The position numbers were made by a program, and so were the translations under genes. A stretch of 63,481 bases of DNA, counting the filler, from Theionarchaea archaeon (GTDB lineage: Archaea; Methanobacteriota_B; Thermococci; Methanofastidiosales; SZ-28-30): the NCBI GenBank assembly GCA_018992565.1. It is 5 parts of 5 records of this genome, joined end to end, with 100 filler letters (N's around TTAATTAATTAA, not from the genome) between each part and the next. Parts side by side here need not be neighbours in the genome. Positions count along the whole stretch, not along the records: positions 1 to 31,558 come from JACVGW010000021.1; 4 more parts are not named here. One strand, 5' to 3'. Positions 1 to 9,866 of the stretch are shown here, piece after piece. How positions within the stretch are numbered: position 1 is the first letter of the stretch; every line of letters begins with the position of its first letter. Under the pieces are notes generated by a model. The model saw nothing but the letters and a program-made list of their open reading frames with translations, did not search any database and was not told the origin of the DNA.

Positions 1-69
1 GAGTTCTGAGATGTTTTTCATTTCGATAAAGATCTCTTTGAGGTTCATGTCCTCAGGATGTTTGTCCAT
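1..69 (-). CDS. N-terminal fragment of a probable PhoU/TrkA-C-domain family protein (runs off window edge)
   Basis: Manual translation from ATG at 69: MDKHPEDMNLKEIFIEMKNISEL, resembling the 'xxKExxxEMKxxSELMxDLAY' start of archaeal PhoU-like proteins; only 23 codons visible. Confidence 0.45.
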   Translation of the reverse strand, partial: MDKHPEDMNLKEIFIEMKNISEL

Positions 70-341
70 TGTGATAGTGTGGGGATTGGAGTTTTTAAGA
101 TTTTGTATAGTTGGGGTTTCGAAAAGGCCTTACTATTGCATGGGACAATAGAAGGTGCAGTAGACTACGTGGAAGACGCCTGAGAGAGAGTGATATTTCG
201 CACATCTGGATGAATGAGCATTGTCCTGCCTCGTTGAATGAATAGGGAAAGTGCCCCATGAAACCTGGCCTCAAGAGAACCATCATGAGTATCCTGCAAA
301 TATCAGCACAAGAAACCAGGAATCAGAAAAAAAAAGAAAAA

Positions 342-806
342 TCAAATGAAAAGAGCAATATCAGCTTTTGATGCTTCTTGAACGTAAGTTGCGACACCCA
401 CAACATCGTCAACAGGGATTAAATCTTCCTTTCGCACTCCCATGACTCTCATAGACATCTCACAGGCCAGGAAGGTCACTCCCAGTTCTCTCGCATCTGC
501 AATCATCTCCTGAGGCAGCTTCACGTTTTTCTTCTTCATCATCCGCTTCATCAGCCAGCGTCCCATCCCCAGCATGTTCAGTCTGGAAGGTCCGATAGCA
601 TCGCCGCCTCTGGCCATCAAATTGAACATCTTGCCCATGAATCCTTCACCTTTCCATGCACCCCCTTTCTTTATCACATTCAGTCCCCAGAACGTGAAAA
701 ACATCGTCACATCCATGCCTGATGCAGCAGCCCCTGTGGCCACAGTCAGAGCTGCCAAGGCCTTGTCCAAATCCCCACTAAATACAATAATAGATGCTTT
801 CCCCAT
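342..806 (-). CDS. DsrE2-like (DsrE/DsrF/DrsH family) sulfur-carrier protein
   Basis: SIIVFSGDLDKA, VTMFFTFWGL and ACEMSM...GVATY motifs typical of DsrE2/DsrE-like proteins. Confidence 0.85.
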   Translation of the reverse strand: MGKASIIVFSGDLDKALAALTVATGAAASGMDVTMFFTFWGLNVIKKGGAWKGEGFMGKMFNLMARGGDAIGPSRLNMLGMGRWLMKRMMKKKNVKLPQEMIADARELGVTFLACEMSMRVMGVRKEDLIPVDDVVGVATYVQEASKADIALFI

Positions 807-808
807 AG

Positions 809-1036
809 TCACACCGTTCTGATAAAGTACTTGACAAATGAGCCATTTTCCTCAGAACCCAGAAACTCATTCCCTGTCTGTTCACACCAGGCGGGTATAT
901 CCCTCTTTGCACCTTCATCATCCGCCCACAGTTCAAGTATCTCACCTGGATCCATTTTTCTCCTCTGCTTGGCCAGTTCTACAATTGGCTGAGGGCAGAC
1001 CATACCAGTACAATCCAGTCTAACATCTGAATTCAT
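809..1036 (-). CDS. tusA: TusA/SirA family sulfurtransferase
   Basis: LDCTGMVCPQP (CPxP) motif and DIPAWC; start set at MNSD behind a GGTGA RBS. Confidence 0.9.
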   Translation of the reverse strand: MNSDVRLDCTGMVCPQPIVELAKQRRKMDPGEILELWADDEGAKRDIPAWCEQTGNEFLGSEENGSFVKYFIRTV

Positions 1037-1124
1037 TTTATCACCTTCACTATACATATGTTCAGAATTTTCAGTAATGGTAAACAATCGTAAGACTTAT
1101 AAAGGTTTCGATTTTATTTCATAC

Positions 1125-1562
1125 ATGGATGAAATTGACAGGTCAATCCTGAATGTTCTCCAGGACAATTCCCGGCTGTCCTTCAGAAAAATCGCACAGA
1201 CGATTGGGGTGACTGCAGCCACAGTCAGTGCACGGGTTTCAGACATGGAGAACAGGGGTATCATAAAGAAATACACAGTACTCCTTGATTATGACCACTT
1301 GGATAAGGAAACCTTGCTCATTACAGTAGATGCAGACTTGTCCCAAATCGATGACATTGTTGAGACCATGGTCGGGCTTCCGGAGATCTGCTGTCTCCTG
1401 CGAGTTACCGGCGCCTTTGATCTCGTGGCACTGGTGCGGTGTGATGGTCATGAAGGTGCGCGTCACCTTTTGAACCACTTGAAGAGCATACCGGGTGTGA
1501 GAATGGTGAACAGCCAGATGGTCTTACAGACACTCCAGGAAGACTTGTGCGTGAGAATGTAG
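1125..1562 (+). CDS. Lrp/AsnC family transcriptional regulator
   Basis: MDEIDRSILNVLQDNSRLSFRKIA HTH and C-terminal RAM domain (VTGAFDL). Confidence 0.9.
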   Translation: MDEIDRSILNVLQDNSRLSFRKIAQTIGVTAATVSARVSDMENRGIIKKYTVLLDYDHLDKETLLITVDADLSQIDDIVETMVGLPEICCLLRVTGAFDLVALVRCDGHEGARHLLNHLKSIPGVRMVNSQMVLQTLQEDLCVRM

Positions 1563-1570
1563 GTGGGTTA

Positions 1571-1921
1571 ATGAGAATCGGAGTCATACTGCTGACAGGA
1601 CCTTACCAGACAGAAAGTGCAGATACAGCCATACACTTTGTGGAGGCAGCTTTAAAGAAGGGACACACCGTAAAAGGAGTTTTCCTGTTCATGGATGGGG
1701 TTTATAACAGTAACAGGAATGTGAATCCTCCAGGAGAGAGGAATGTTGTTGCCATATTGAATGCTGTGGGTGAAAAGGTCCCTGTGACCGTCTGTGCTGC
1801 CTGTGCACGATTTCGAGGAATGAAAAAAGACAATCTCACGGAGAATGTGAGACTGGGCGGTCTGGGAGAGCTGGTCAACCTTGTGCAGTCATGTGATAGA
1901 ATTATTACCTTTGGTGGTTGA
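1571..1921 (+). CDS. dsrE: DsrE/TusD family sulfur relay protein
   Basis: GPY, VFLFMDGV, CAACARFRG (active Cys region), LGGLGEL...CDRIITF. Confidence 0.85.
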   Translation: MRIGVILLTGPYQTESADTAIHFVEAALKKGHTVKGVFLFMDGVYNSNRNVNPPGERNVVAILNAVGEKVPVTVCAACARFRGMKKDNLTENVRLGGLGELVNLVQSCDRIITFGG

Positions 1922-1922
1922 T

Positions 1923-2276
1923 ATGAACGTCATTGTATTCAGACAGGCACCCTACGGGACTTCTTTTGCGGGAGAAGGTGTCAGAGCCCTGAGTGCATTG
2001 CTGGCATTTGGGATTTCCACTGCGGTGCTATTCATGGATGATGGTGTATTTGTGCTGGTGAAAGGCCAGGACCCCTCTGTACTAGACATGAAAAGCATAG
2101 GTGAGGGAGTGAGAATGCTGAAAGAAAACGGGCTAGACAGGGTTTTGGTGTGCAGAGAGTCTTTGAAAGAGCGAGGTATTGATGAGAAGGATTTACTAGA
2201 TACAACGCTGGCTGTTGTGGACAAAAAAGAGGTCTCCCGGCTGCTGAGAAGTTGTGATAGTGTATTAACGTTTTGA
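1923..2276 (+). CDS. dsrF: DsrF/TusC family sulfur relay protein
   Basis: FRQAPYG, FMDDGV, ESLKERGI motifs; second gene of the EFH triplet. Confidence 0.85.
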   Translation: MNVIVFRQAPYGTSFAGEGVRALSALLAFGISTAVLFMDDGVFVLVKGQDPSVLDMKSIGEGVRMLKENGLDRVLVCRESLKERGIDEKDLLDTTLAVVDKKEVSRLLRSCDSVLTF

Positions 2277-2285
2277 GGTGCTGCC

Positions 2286-2558
2286 ATGTTATTCATTATT
2301 AACAAGAGCCCGTTTGCTTCCCGGTCTCTTGAATCGTGCCTGGATATTGCTGGAAAAGGCGATGCCATACTCCTCATTGAGGACGGCGTGTATGCAGTAA
2401 CCAGTGATCAGATTCTTCAAGCAGAAGAACGAGACATCAACCTGTATGTACTGAAAGCAGATGCAGAGGCCCGAGGGATTCAGACTGCACTTCCCGTTGT
2501 CGACTATGAAGGGGTTGTAGAGCTGGTGGAAAACCAGACTGTGGTGACCTGGAGCTAA
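2286..2558 (+). CDS. dsrH: DsrH/TusB family sulfur relay protein
   Basis: IINKSP, DAILLIEDGVY, ADAEARG, VDYEGVVEL...VTW motifs. Confidence 0.9.
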   Translation: MLFIINKSPFASRSLESCLDIAGKGDAILLIEDGVYAVTSDQILQAEERDINLYVLKADAEARGIQTALPVVDYEGVVELVENQTVVTWS

Positions 2559-2595
2559 ACCCACAAGTATAAAATGGTGAAGACCTGGTAGAAAT

Positions 2596-4149
2596 ATGCT
2601 TTCACTCTCTTTCATGGATGGGTACAGGATAGGAACCTTCACCTGGAACAAGAAAACAGCACCTGTTCCCAATCTGCTTAAGGTGAAAAAGGATACCCTC
2701 TACCTCAATGAAATCACCGTTGAAAGGCCTACATTGTATGAAAAAGAGGCACAGACAGAGCTGAGGACAGCGTCAGTGCTGAGAATTCCCTATACTGCTC
2801 CAAGACATATCGCCCTGCGATTCACCAGAAAGAATAGTGACCTTCTATCTTCAAATTCTGAAGCATATCCCATTTATGTTACGAAGTATGACGCTCTGAC
2901 CACCAGGTTCCTGTCCACTATTCCTTTCCATCATCTTTTTTTCATATTCTGTCCTGAAGAGAGGAGACTCCTCCGCACGCTCTTCTCTTTAAGGAATACC
3001 AATCCCCGCTCTCTTCTCTACACACGTGCTGAACCAGAGGAGATACCTGTTCTCCTCACAGCCGGCATAGATCTTTTCAATTACACAGAAGAAAATGAAG
3101 AGGCACTCCGCAGATATCTGGAGACGCCCACCAAAGACTACCTGGAAAAAGAATGCAATTCAACCGTGAGGACAAAAAGGCTGCTTCGCCTGTTGTACAG
3201 GGAGTTTTACGAACACATTGAGAAGTATACCTCATTCAAGAGGAAAAAGGAGCTGTACATATCAGAAGATGCCTTATATCGGCCTGAAGTCATGAGGTTT
3301 CGGCAGAGGGTCAGAGAACGCTACATCCCTCCCTCTCGTGTTGTTGTGCTGCTGCCCTGCTCTGCAAAGAAACCCTATTCTCAGTCTCGATCCCACCGTA
3401 GATTCAGGACCGCGATACCCAGGAATGCATTGCTGACTGAATTGATACTCACCTCCCCCCTGGGAGTCGTCCCTCGAGAGCTGGAGGATTTTGCCAGGTA
3501 TGATATACCAGTCACAGGTCACTGGTCTCATGAGGAAGTCATGGAGACAGCTTCCCTTCTCAATGACATTCTGGCTAAAATTCCAGATCCTGTAGTCTAT
3601 TCCCACATATCTGCTGCATACCAGCCCATCATTGAGCATCTCAACGTTCCGGTGATTGACACTGCACAGGGCGACCCCCTTTCTGAACAGTCGCTAGCTA
3701 CCCTCGCTTCCTATCTCAAAGATGTGGATAGAACTTCCTTTTTGGAGCGAAAAATGAGAGCAGTCTCAGAATTTCTTTTTTCAGAAGACATTTTTCCAGG
3801 CAAGATTTCCATTACAGGCAGGAGAACAAAACGTATAAAATCGGACAAAATTCTGGGCAGGTATTCCTCAGACCTCATCCTCACCCAGGCTGGAGCTGAT
3901 AGAGTAACCACCTATTGCGTAACCATAGATTTCGATCTGAAAGGAGATGTTTTCTGTCCTGGAGTCCTCTCTACGTATTCTGGAATCCGACCGGGAGATC
4001 AGGTTGTAATAAAAAGGATTATAAATGGAGAACATGCAGTAGGTGTGGGTAGAGCAGTGCTCCCCGGATGTATGATGAGAGAAATGGACCGCGGAATGGC
4101 AGTCAAAGTGCACACGAGGTTTCACTATGCAGGAACACATAACTGTTGA
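2596..4149 (+). CDS. arcS: Archaeosine synthase subunit ArcS (DUF5591 + PUA)
   Basis: LLPCSAKKPYSQSRSH, TSPLGVVPRELE, YDIPVTGHWS motifs and C-terminal PUA domain. Confidence 0.8.
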   Translation: MLSLSFMDGYRIGTFTWNKKTAPVPNLLKVKKDTLYLNEITVERPTLYEKEAQTELRTASVLRIPYTAPRHIALRFTRKNSDLLSSNSEAYPIYVTKYDALTTRFLSTIPFHHLFFIFCPEERRLLRTLFSLRNTNPRSLLYTRAEPEEIPVLLTAGIDLFNYTEENEEALRRYLETPTKDYLEKECNSTVRTKRLLRLLYREFYEHIEKYTSFKRKKELYISEDALYRPEVMRFRQRVRERYIPPSRVVVLLPCSAKKPYSQSRSHRRFRTAIPRNALLTELILTSPLGVVPRELEDFARYDIPVTGHWSHEEVMETASLLNDILAKIPDPVVYSHISAAYQPIIEHLNVPVIDTAQGDPLSEQSLATLASYLKDVDRTSFLERKMRAVSEFLFSEDIFPGKISITGRRTKRIKSDKILGRYSSDLILTQAGADRVTTYCVTIDFDLKGDVFCPGVLSTYSGIRPGDQVVIKRIINGEHAVGVGRAVLPGCMMREMDRGMAVKVHTRFHYAGTHNC

Positions 4150-5263
4150 TGGAAAGAAGATTGTCCTGGTGGGAACAGTCCATGTATCTCCCGAATCAGT
4201 GCAAGAAGTGCGCCAGGCTATAGAGGAGGAAGCCCCTGACACGGTGGGCGTTGAACTGTGCGAAAGGCGATATGAAATCATCACCAAGAAAAAGCAGTGG
4301 GAAGAGCAGGATATTGTCAAGATCATAAAGAAAGGACAGACGTATCTTTTTCTCGCCAATCTGCTCTTGAGCAATTTTCAGAAGAAAATGGGTGAAGAGG
4401 TCGGTTCTGAGCCAGGTGCAGAAATGGTGGAAGCAGTGAAGATTGCCAAGGAACATGACATGCCAGTGGAACTGCTGGACAGGGACATATCTGTGACGTT
4501 GAAGAGGGCATGGAATGCTATGGGATTCAAGGAGAAGCTCAAATTAGTGTATGTGCTGCTGTCAGGCTTTTTTGTGGATACGGAGGAGGTACTTGAAGAG
4601 TTGAAGAACCAGGACATTGTCACTGAACTGATGGAGGAACTTGCACAGCAGGCTCCAGGTGCCAAGAAGGCGCTCATTGACGAGAGGGACCAGTATATTG
4701 CCTCAAAGATTCTGGAATCCAGAGGAGATATAGTCGCAGTAGTTGGGGCAGGGCACTTGCAAGGCATCAAATCCACGCTACAGCAGAAGGAAGTCTCCCG
4801 TGAGGGACTGGAGAGCGCACCTTCAGGGAGAAGCTGGTTCAAGATGATCGGGTATCTGATCCCGGTGATCTTTGCAGTCATTGTGGGATATTCATTTCTG
4901 CGAGGAGGAGTGGACGTCACACTGCGCCTCCTGTGGATGTGGTTTCTCATCAATGGAACTTTATCTGCTCTGGGTGCTGCACTGGCCCTGGGACATCCTT
5001 TGAGTGTTGGCACTGCATTCCTGGTGGCCCCTTTCACCTCACTGAATCCAACACTGGCTGCGGGCTGGTTTGCAGGACTGGTGGAAGCATACCTCAGGAA
5101 GCCCACAGTTGCCAGTTTCGAGGCACTACGGGATGTACGTTCCTTTAAAGATTTCTACAAGAATCGGGTGACTCGCATCCTGCTGGTTATTGCCTTTTCC
5201 AATATTGGATCTACCATTGGGACAGTCTGGGCACTCCCTTACATGGCACAGCTCTTGGGATAG
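4127..5263 (+). CDS. TraB/PrgY (GumN) family protein
   Basis: LVGTVHVS, VELCERR, PGAEM, DERD, VVGAGH motifs plus C-terminal TM helices. Confidence 0.9.
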   Translation: MQEHITVDGKKIVLVGTVHVSPESVQEVRQAIEEEAPDTVGVELCERRYEIITKKKQWEEQDIVKIIKKGQTYLFLANLLLSNFQKKMGEEVGSEPGAEMVEAVKIAKEHDMPVELLDRDISVTLKRAWNAMGFKEKLKLVYVLLSGFFVDTEEVLEELKNQDIVTELMEELAQQAPGAKKALIDERDQYIASKILESRGDIVAVVGAGHLQGIKSTLQQKEVSREGLESAPSGRSWFKMIGYLIPVIFAVIVGYSFLRGGVDVTLRLLWMWFLINGTLSALGAALALGHPLSVGTAFLVAPFTSLNPTLAAGWFAGLVEAYLRKPTVASFEALRDVRSFKDFYKNRVTRILLVIAFSNIGSTIGTVWALPYMAQLLG

Positions 5264-5531
5264 TGGGCCGAGTGTCCTGTCATAGAAATGTGGACGATCC
5301 ACATACGATCACCGATTAACCACTTTGTCTTCGACGTATCCCGAGGGCGTCTGCTGTCGACTGATTCTCATTTCGTTCTTACACCTCTTTGCTGGCAGGG
5401 AGTTCTACATTGTCAACTTCTACTCTTCCCTCTCGAAAGTCAGGTGAAATGCACCAAAACCTTTATATCCACCAGGTACAAAGAAGGAAAGGACCACTCT
5501 GGGAGCACGGGAGTCCAATATAGGTGATGCA

Positions 5532-6224
5532 GTGAGAAGGATAAAAACCCATGTAGAGGGATTCGACGGGTGTATGGAAGGTGGCATACCTGAAGGTCAC
5601 ATGGTTCTCGTTTGCGGCAGTGCGGGGACAATGAAGAGCACGCTTGCATACTACATATTGTACCATGAGATACTGGAAGGTAGCAGTAGTGGCCTTTATA
5701 TTACACTGGAGCAGAGCAAGGATAACCTGCTCACTCACATGAAGGGTATGGGAATGGATTCCTCGGCTGTAGATGCGAAACTGAACATTCTTGACCTATC
5801 GCAGATGCGTAAAGAGATACTGACTGAAGATAAGAATATGTGGATGGATTTCCTTTCTCATCTGATCCAACTCATACAGGGAGTAGAAAACTGCAAATTA
5901 GTCGTCTTGGATTCTCTAAATGCATTGTATTCTCTGGTGAATTTTCAGAATCCCAGAAATGAATTGTTCCTCTTCTTTGAGAAGTTTAGAGACCTGGGGA
6001 CTACTACATTCTTCATAGCAGAATCCGGCTCAGAAAAGGTCAGTTGTGGTGAGTATGGACTGGAGGATTTCATGTGTGACGGGATCATTCGATTGACCAT
6101 GCGCAGTCAGGGAGAAGGATTCAACAGATATATTAGATGTGTAAAGATGAGGAGTTCACGGTTAGACACGAGTTTCTTTCCTCTATTGGTGACAGAAACA
6201 GGGTTCAAGATCATTCAGAAATAG
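5532..6224 (+). CDS. KaiC/RAD55 family RecA-superfamily ATPase
   Basis: Walker A GSAGTMKS, Walker B LVVLDSL, DGII, VKMR motifs. Confidence 0.85.
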   Translation: MRRIKTHVEGFDGCMEGGIPEGHMVLVCGSAGTMKSTLAYYILYHEILEGSSSGLYITLEQSKDNLLTHMKGMGMDSSAVDAKLNILDLSQMRKEILTEDKNMWMDFLSHLIQLIQGVENCKLVVLDSLNALYSLVNFQNPRNELFLFFEKFRDLGTTTFFIAESGSEKVSCGEYGLEDFMCDGIIRLTMRSQGEGFNRYIRCVKMRSSRLDTSFFPLLVTETGFKIIQK

Positions 6225-6873
6225 CTGGTTCCGGCTCTCCACAGAAAGTGATGATGGATTCCATTGCATCGTCTTCTGTTTCACATTTCTCAAAAGTGGC
6301 GAAAATAGCAGTTTGAATGTCTTCTACCTCTCTTATTTTGTAGTACACTGGTCCAGAGGCTAAATTCATGGCAGTAATGAGAAAGGCAAGTCTGTTCATC
6401 TTTGAATCAAATCCTATCACCTCAACAGTGATGACCTTGTTGCTGGCCCTGATCCTAATATCAATGGGCCACCCTAAATCCCCGTAGAACTCGTTCAACA
6501 CGCGTTCCCAGTCTGCAGGATGCTCGTGGATTTTCTCGTCAAGATCAGACTGTTCCCTGAGATATGAATACAAAGAGAAGAGCAAATACTGCTTGGGAGG
6601 TACTTGAATATTCTTGTTCTTGAGTAACCAGTGCAGGATCTGCGAGGGAACCACAACCCCATAGTGATCTTCAATGTACTGGTCTCTCCTGCTCTTCTTG
6701 ATGAGATTGGATTCACTGAGCGTATCAATACTCCCATACTTCTCCTGCAAGAGATCCATCAGTTCAACCAGTTCTCTGATGGCAGCAGAAAAATTGCCCT
6801 GGTGTTTCTTGATAAGAGGCTGCAGCATTTTTACATGTTTGTTGTCGAGCGCAACGTTCTTCCGCACTTCCAT
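6211..6873 (-). CDS. Hypothetical protein with probable N-terminal ribbon-helix-helix
   Basis: 220 aa ORF; RKNVALD...FSAAIRELV is RHH-like; converges on and overlaps the KaiC-like gene. Confidence 0.6.
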   Translation of the reverse strand: MEVRKNVALDNKHVKMLQPLIKKHQGNFSAAIRELVELMDLLQEKYGSIDTLSESNLIKKSRRDQYIEDHYGVVVPSQILHWLLKNKNIQVPPKQYLLFSLYSYLREQSDLDEKIHEHPADWERVLNEFYGDLGWPIDIRIRASNKVITVEVIGFDSKMNRLAFLITAMNLASGPVYYKIREVEDIQTAIFATFEKCETEDDAMESIITFCGEPEPAISE

Positions 6874-7027
6874 GCCTAGAGATGATGACCCAGGCTTATA
6901 AAGGTTGCCATTTAGTCACACAATTTCACACATATTCACACATTGTGTGATTCCCAGTAAAAGGAGACAGATCAGCTATGAAGTCAAGGAGAAAAAGGTT
7001 TAAAAGAACGCGGCAAAACACAAGACG

Positions 7028-7666
7028 ATGAACATATCGCTGATTATACCTGCCTATAATGAAGCGGAACACCTTCCCCATATTTTTGCTGCTATCCCCC
7101 CCACAGTGAAGGAGGTCATTGTAGTGGACGACGGCAGCTCAGATCAGACTGCAGACATTGCACGCAGCAACAACGCTATTGTTGTACAGCATTCTCAGAA
7201 CCAGGGAAAGGGCAGGGCCATGGTTTCAGGAATCAATGCAGCATCAGGAGATGTTGTGGTGTTCATGGATGCTGACATGCAGCACCATCCCGAAGACATC
7301 GAACGGCTCGTAGCATCTCTTGATGACGGGTCTGCAGATATGGTTATAGGGGTGCGTACACTGGGTTCACGTGGGGAAATGCCACCTCAGCGGAGGTTGA
7401 CCAACTTTCTGGGGAATCTCTTGGTTTTTCTCAGGATCGGAGAGTGGATTTCTGATACTCAATCTGGGTTCAGGGCCGTAAAGAAGGATTTTCTGGATAA
7501 GATGGTCTTTAAGAGCAAACGGTATGAGATTGAAATCGAAATGCTGGTATGGGCACACAAACTGGACATGCGGATAAGGGAGGAACCCATAAAAGTTAAG
7601 TATGCAGGTGAGAAATCTCACTGGAAAGTGAGAAATCTGTTTAGAGTCTTCAAGATTCTGCACTAG
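7028..7666 (+). CDS. Glycosyltransferase family 2 (DPM1-like)
   Basis: IIPAYNE, VVDDGSSD, DADMQH, DTQSGFRA motifs. Confidence 0.9.
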   Translation: MNISLIIPAYNEAEHLPHIFAAIPPTVKEVIVVDDGSSDQTADIARSNNAIVVQHSQNQGKGRAMVSGINAASGDVVVFMDADMQHHPEDIERLVASLDDGSADMVIGVRTLGSRGEMPPQRRLTNFLGNLLVFLRIGEWISDTQSGFRAVKKDFLDKMVFKSKRYEIEIEMLVWAHKLDMRIREEPIKVKYAGEKSHWKVRNLFRVFKILH

Positions 7667-7677
7667 GAGGTATTCCC

Positions 7678-8921
7678 ATGAAAATTCTAGAATATGTGGA
7701 AGCACATGAAAAATGGAGAAGTGAGTGTATCAACCTTATAGCGTCTGAGAACATGTCTTCAAAGACCATGGATAGAGCAGTATGTTCTGGGTTCATGCAT
7801 AAGTATGCTGAAGGCTGGCCTGAGAACAGGTACTACCAGGGATGCTATTACGTAGATAAGGCCGAATTAGAAGGTAATTCCTACTTTTATCAGCTTTTTG
7901 AACCTGAATATGTAGATTTACGTCCTATCTCGGGAGCAACTGCCAATATTGCCATGTTCTTTGGGCTGACCCGTCCTGGCGATACACTCATCAGTTTGCA
8001 TACCTCAAATGGAGGGCACATCAGCCATGCTCAGTTTGGAGCTGCAGGGCTGCGAGGATTGAATGTTCTTACCTTCCCTTATGATAACGAGGAGATGAAC
8101 ATTGATCCTGACAAGACCTGCGAGCTTGTGCGAAAGGAATCTCCCAGGCTCATCGTTTTCGGAGCATCGTTGTTCCTGTTCCCCCACCCTGTGAGTCAGG
8201 TTAAGGATGCAGCCGAAGAAGTGGGTGCAGTAGTCGCATATGATGCAGCTCATGTTCTGGGACTGATTGCAGGGAAGAGATTCCAGGATCCATTCAAGGA
8301 AGGTGCAAAGATCATTACATCCTCTACCCACAAGACCTTCCCCGGTCCTCAGGGAGGAGTCATCATGATAAAGGGGCTGGCCCAGGAACAGGCAGCTAAT
8401 TTCCAGTGGGCTACCTTCCCAGGAGTGGTCAGTAACCATCATTTGCATCACATGGCTGCCAAGGGCATAACAGCAGCAGAAATGCTGAAATTCGGGAAGC
8501 AGTATGCTGAGCAGACTATCAAGAACGCTAAGGCGCTTGCAGAAGCCCTTCATGAAGAAGGAGTTGCTGTGGTGGCTGAACACAAGGGGTTCACTGAGTC
8601 CCACCAGGTAGCCCTGGATTTTAAGGAATTCATTGGAAAGTGGGCAGCGCAAACCCTGGAAAAGGCCAACATTATAACTAACAAGAACCTGCTCCCATGG
8701 GATCCAGTAGAAAACTCTGACAACCCTTCAGGAATGCGTCTGGGAACTCAGGAGATGACCCGGATGGGAATGAAGGAGTCTGAGATGAAATATATTGCTG
8801 AGCTCTTCAGACAGGTGATTCTGGACAAGAAGGACCCCGAATCAGTGAAAAAGGAGGTCAGAGAGTTCAGAAAAGACTTCCAGGATGTTCTGTACAGCTT
8901 TGACCAGGAGCAGCCCACATA
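7678..8921 (+). CDS. glyA: Serine hydroxymethyltransferase (stop codon hidden in gap)
   Basis: LIASEN, YAEG, GGHISH, SSTHKTFPGPQGG (PLP Lys) motifs. Confidence 0.95.
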
Positions 8922-9021
8922 NNNNNNNNNNNNNNNNNNNNNNNNNNNNNNNNNNNNNNNNNNNNNNNNNNNNNNNNNNNNNNNNNNNNNNNNNNNNNNN
9001 NNNNNNNNNNNNNNNNNNNNN
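8922..9021. other. 100-N scaffold gap
   Basis: Run of N. Confidence 0.99.
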
Positions 9022-9383
9022 CGATTTCCTCTCTTCTCTGCAAATATGCAGCCAAAATCAATTCTGCCGAAGTCATCCTCCACCCTCGTAGATACTTCTT
9101 CGATGGTGCTGACCTCCACCAGGATTGAAGCCTCCAGAGCCTCAATGCGATGTTTGATACCAGGTTCGAATCTCAAGGTTTTGCCTGTCTCAAATATGTA
9201 TTCTATGTCCTCAATGATGCAGTGAATTTTCCCATTAATAACAAAAAGAGTTTCCATTTTTTCCTCGTGATAATGGTAGGAGAGACGTTTATTCTTCTCA
9301 ACTTCCAGGATTTTTCCAATGTAGAAACTCTCCTCAGCGAACGTGATCTCCTTTCCCCAGGGTTTCTCCACGACACGCTGCAT
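9022..9383 (-). CDS. Cupin domain protein (mannose-6-phosphate isomerase-like); 3' end in gap
   Basis: VEKPWG, LSYHYHEEKMET, HRI, EVST...RVEDDFGR motifs. Confidence 0.8.
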
Positions 9384-9516
9384 GACTATTTTATAGCCAT
9401 AAAATATATAAAGGTTTCCCTGGTTGAAGGTGGATTTTTGGGGAGAATGGGAGCTTTCTTGTCCTTTTGGACAGATAGTTGATCTTTGTAAAGTACATTT
9501 GAACAACAAAGAGGAG

Positions 9517-9590
9517 CGGGCCGCGAGGGATTTGAACCCCCGACCCACAGGTTAAGAGCCTGTTGCTCTACCAGACTGAGCTAGCGGCCC
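9517..9590 (-). tRNA. tRNA-Lys (anticodon CTT)
   Basis: Reverse complement GGGCCGC-TAGCTCAGTCTGGTAGAGC-A-ACAGG-CTCTTAA-CCTGT...GGTTCAAATCC...GCGGCCC folds as a cloverleaf; no intron, no encoded CCA. Confidence 0.95.
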
Positions 9591-9866
9591 GTGAGGGTAT
9601 CACTTTAACTCTATAAAAACCTTATGGTCTCTCATTCATCTCAGTTCTCTGGAGACCACTTTCCACTGAAGATATGTTACAGAATCGTAAAGAATTGGTG
9701 TTGGTGCAGTCTTCACCACTGCACGTACCAACCAGGTGAAAATTGAGAGTCTAGGGCAGGAGGGATTCTTGAGTGAAGCTCTGCTATATGATGACTCACA
9801 CTGAAAGCCCAAAGAGAGAGATATCGACTCCCAACCACAAGAACCAGTATCAGCAGGGAACTGCTT

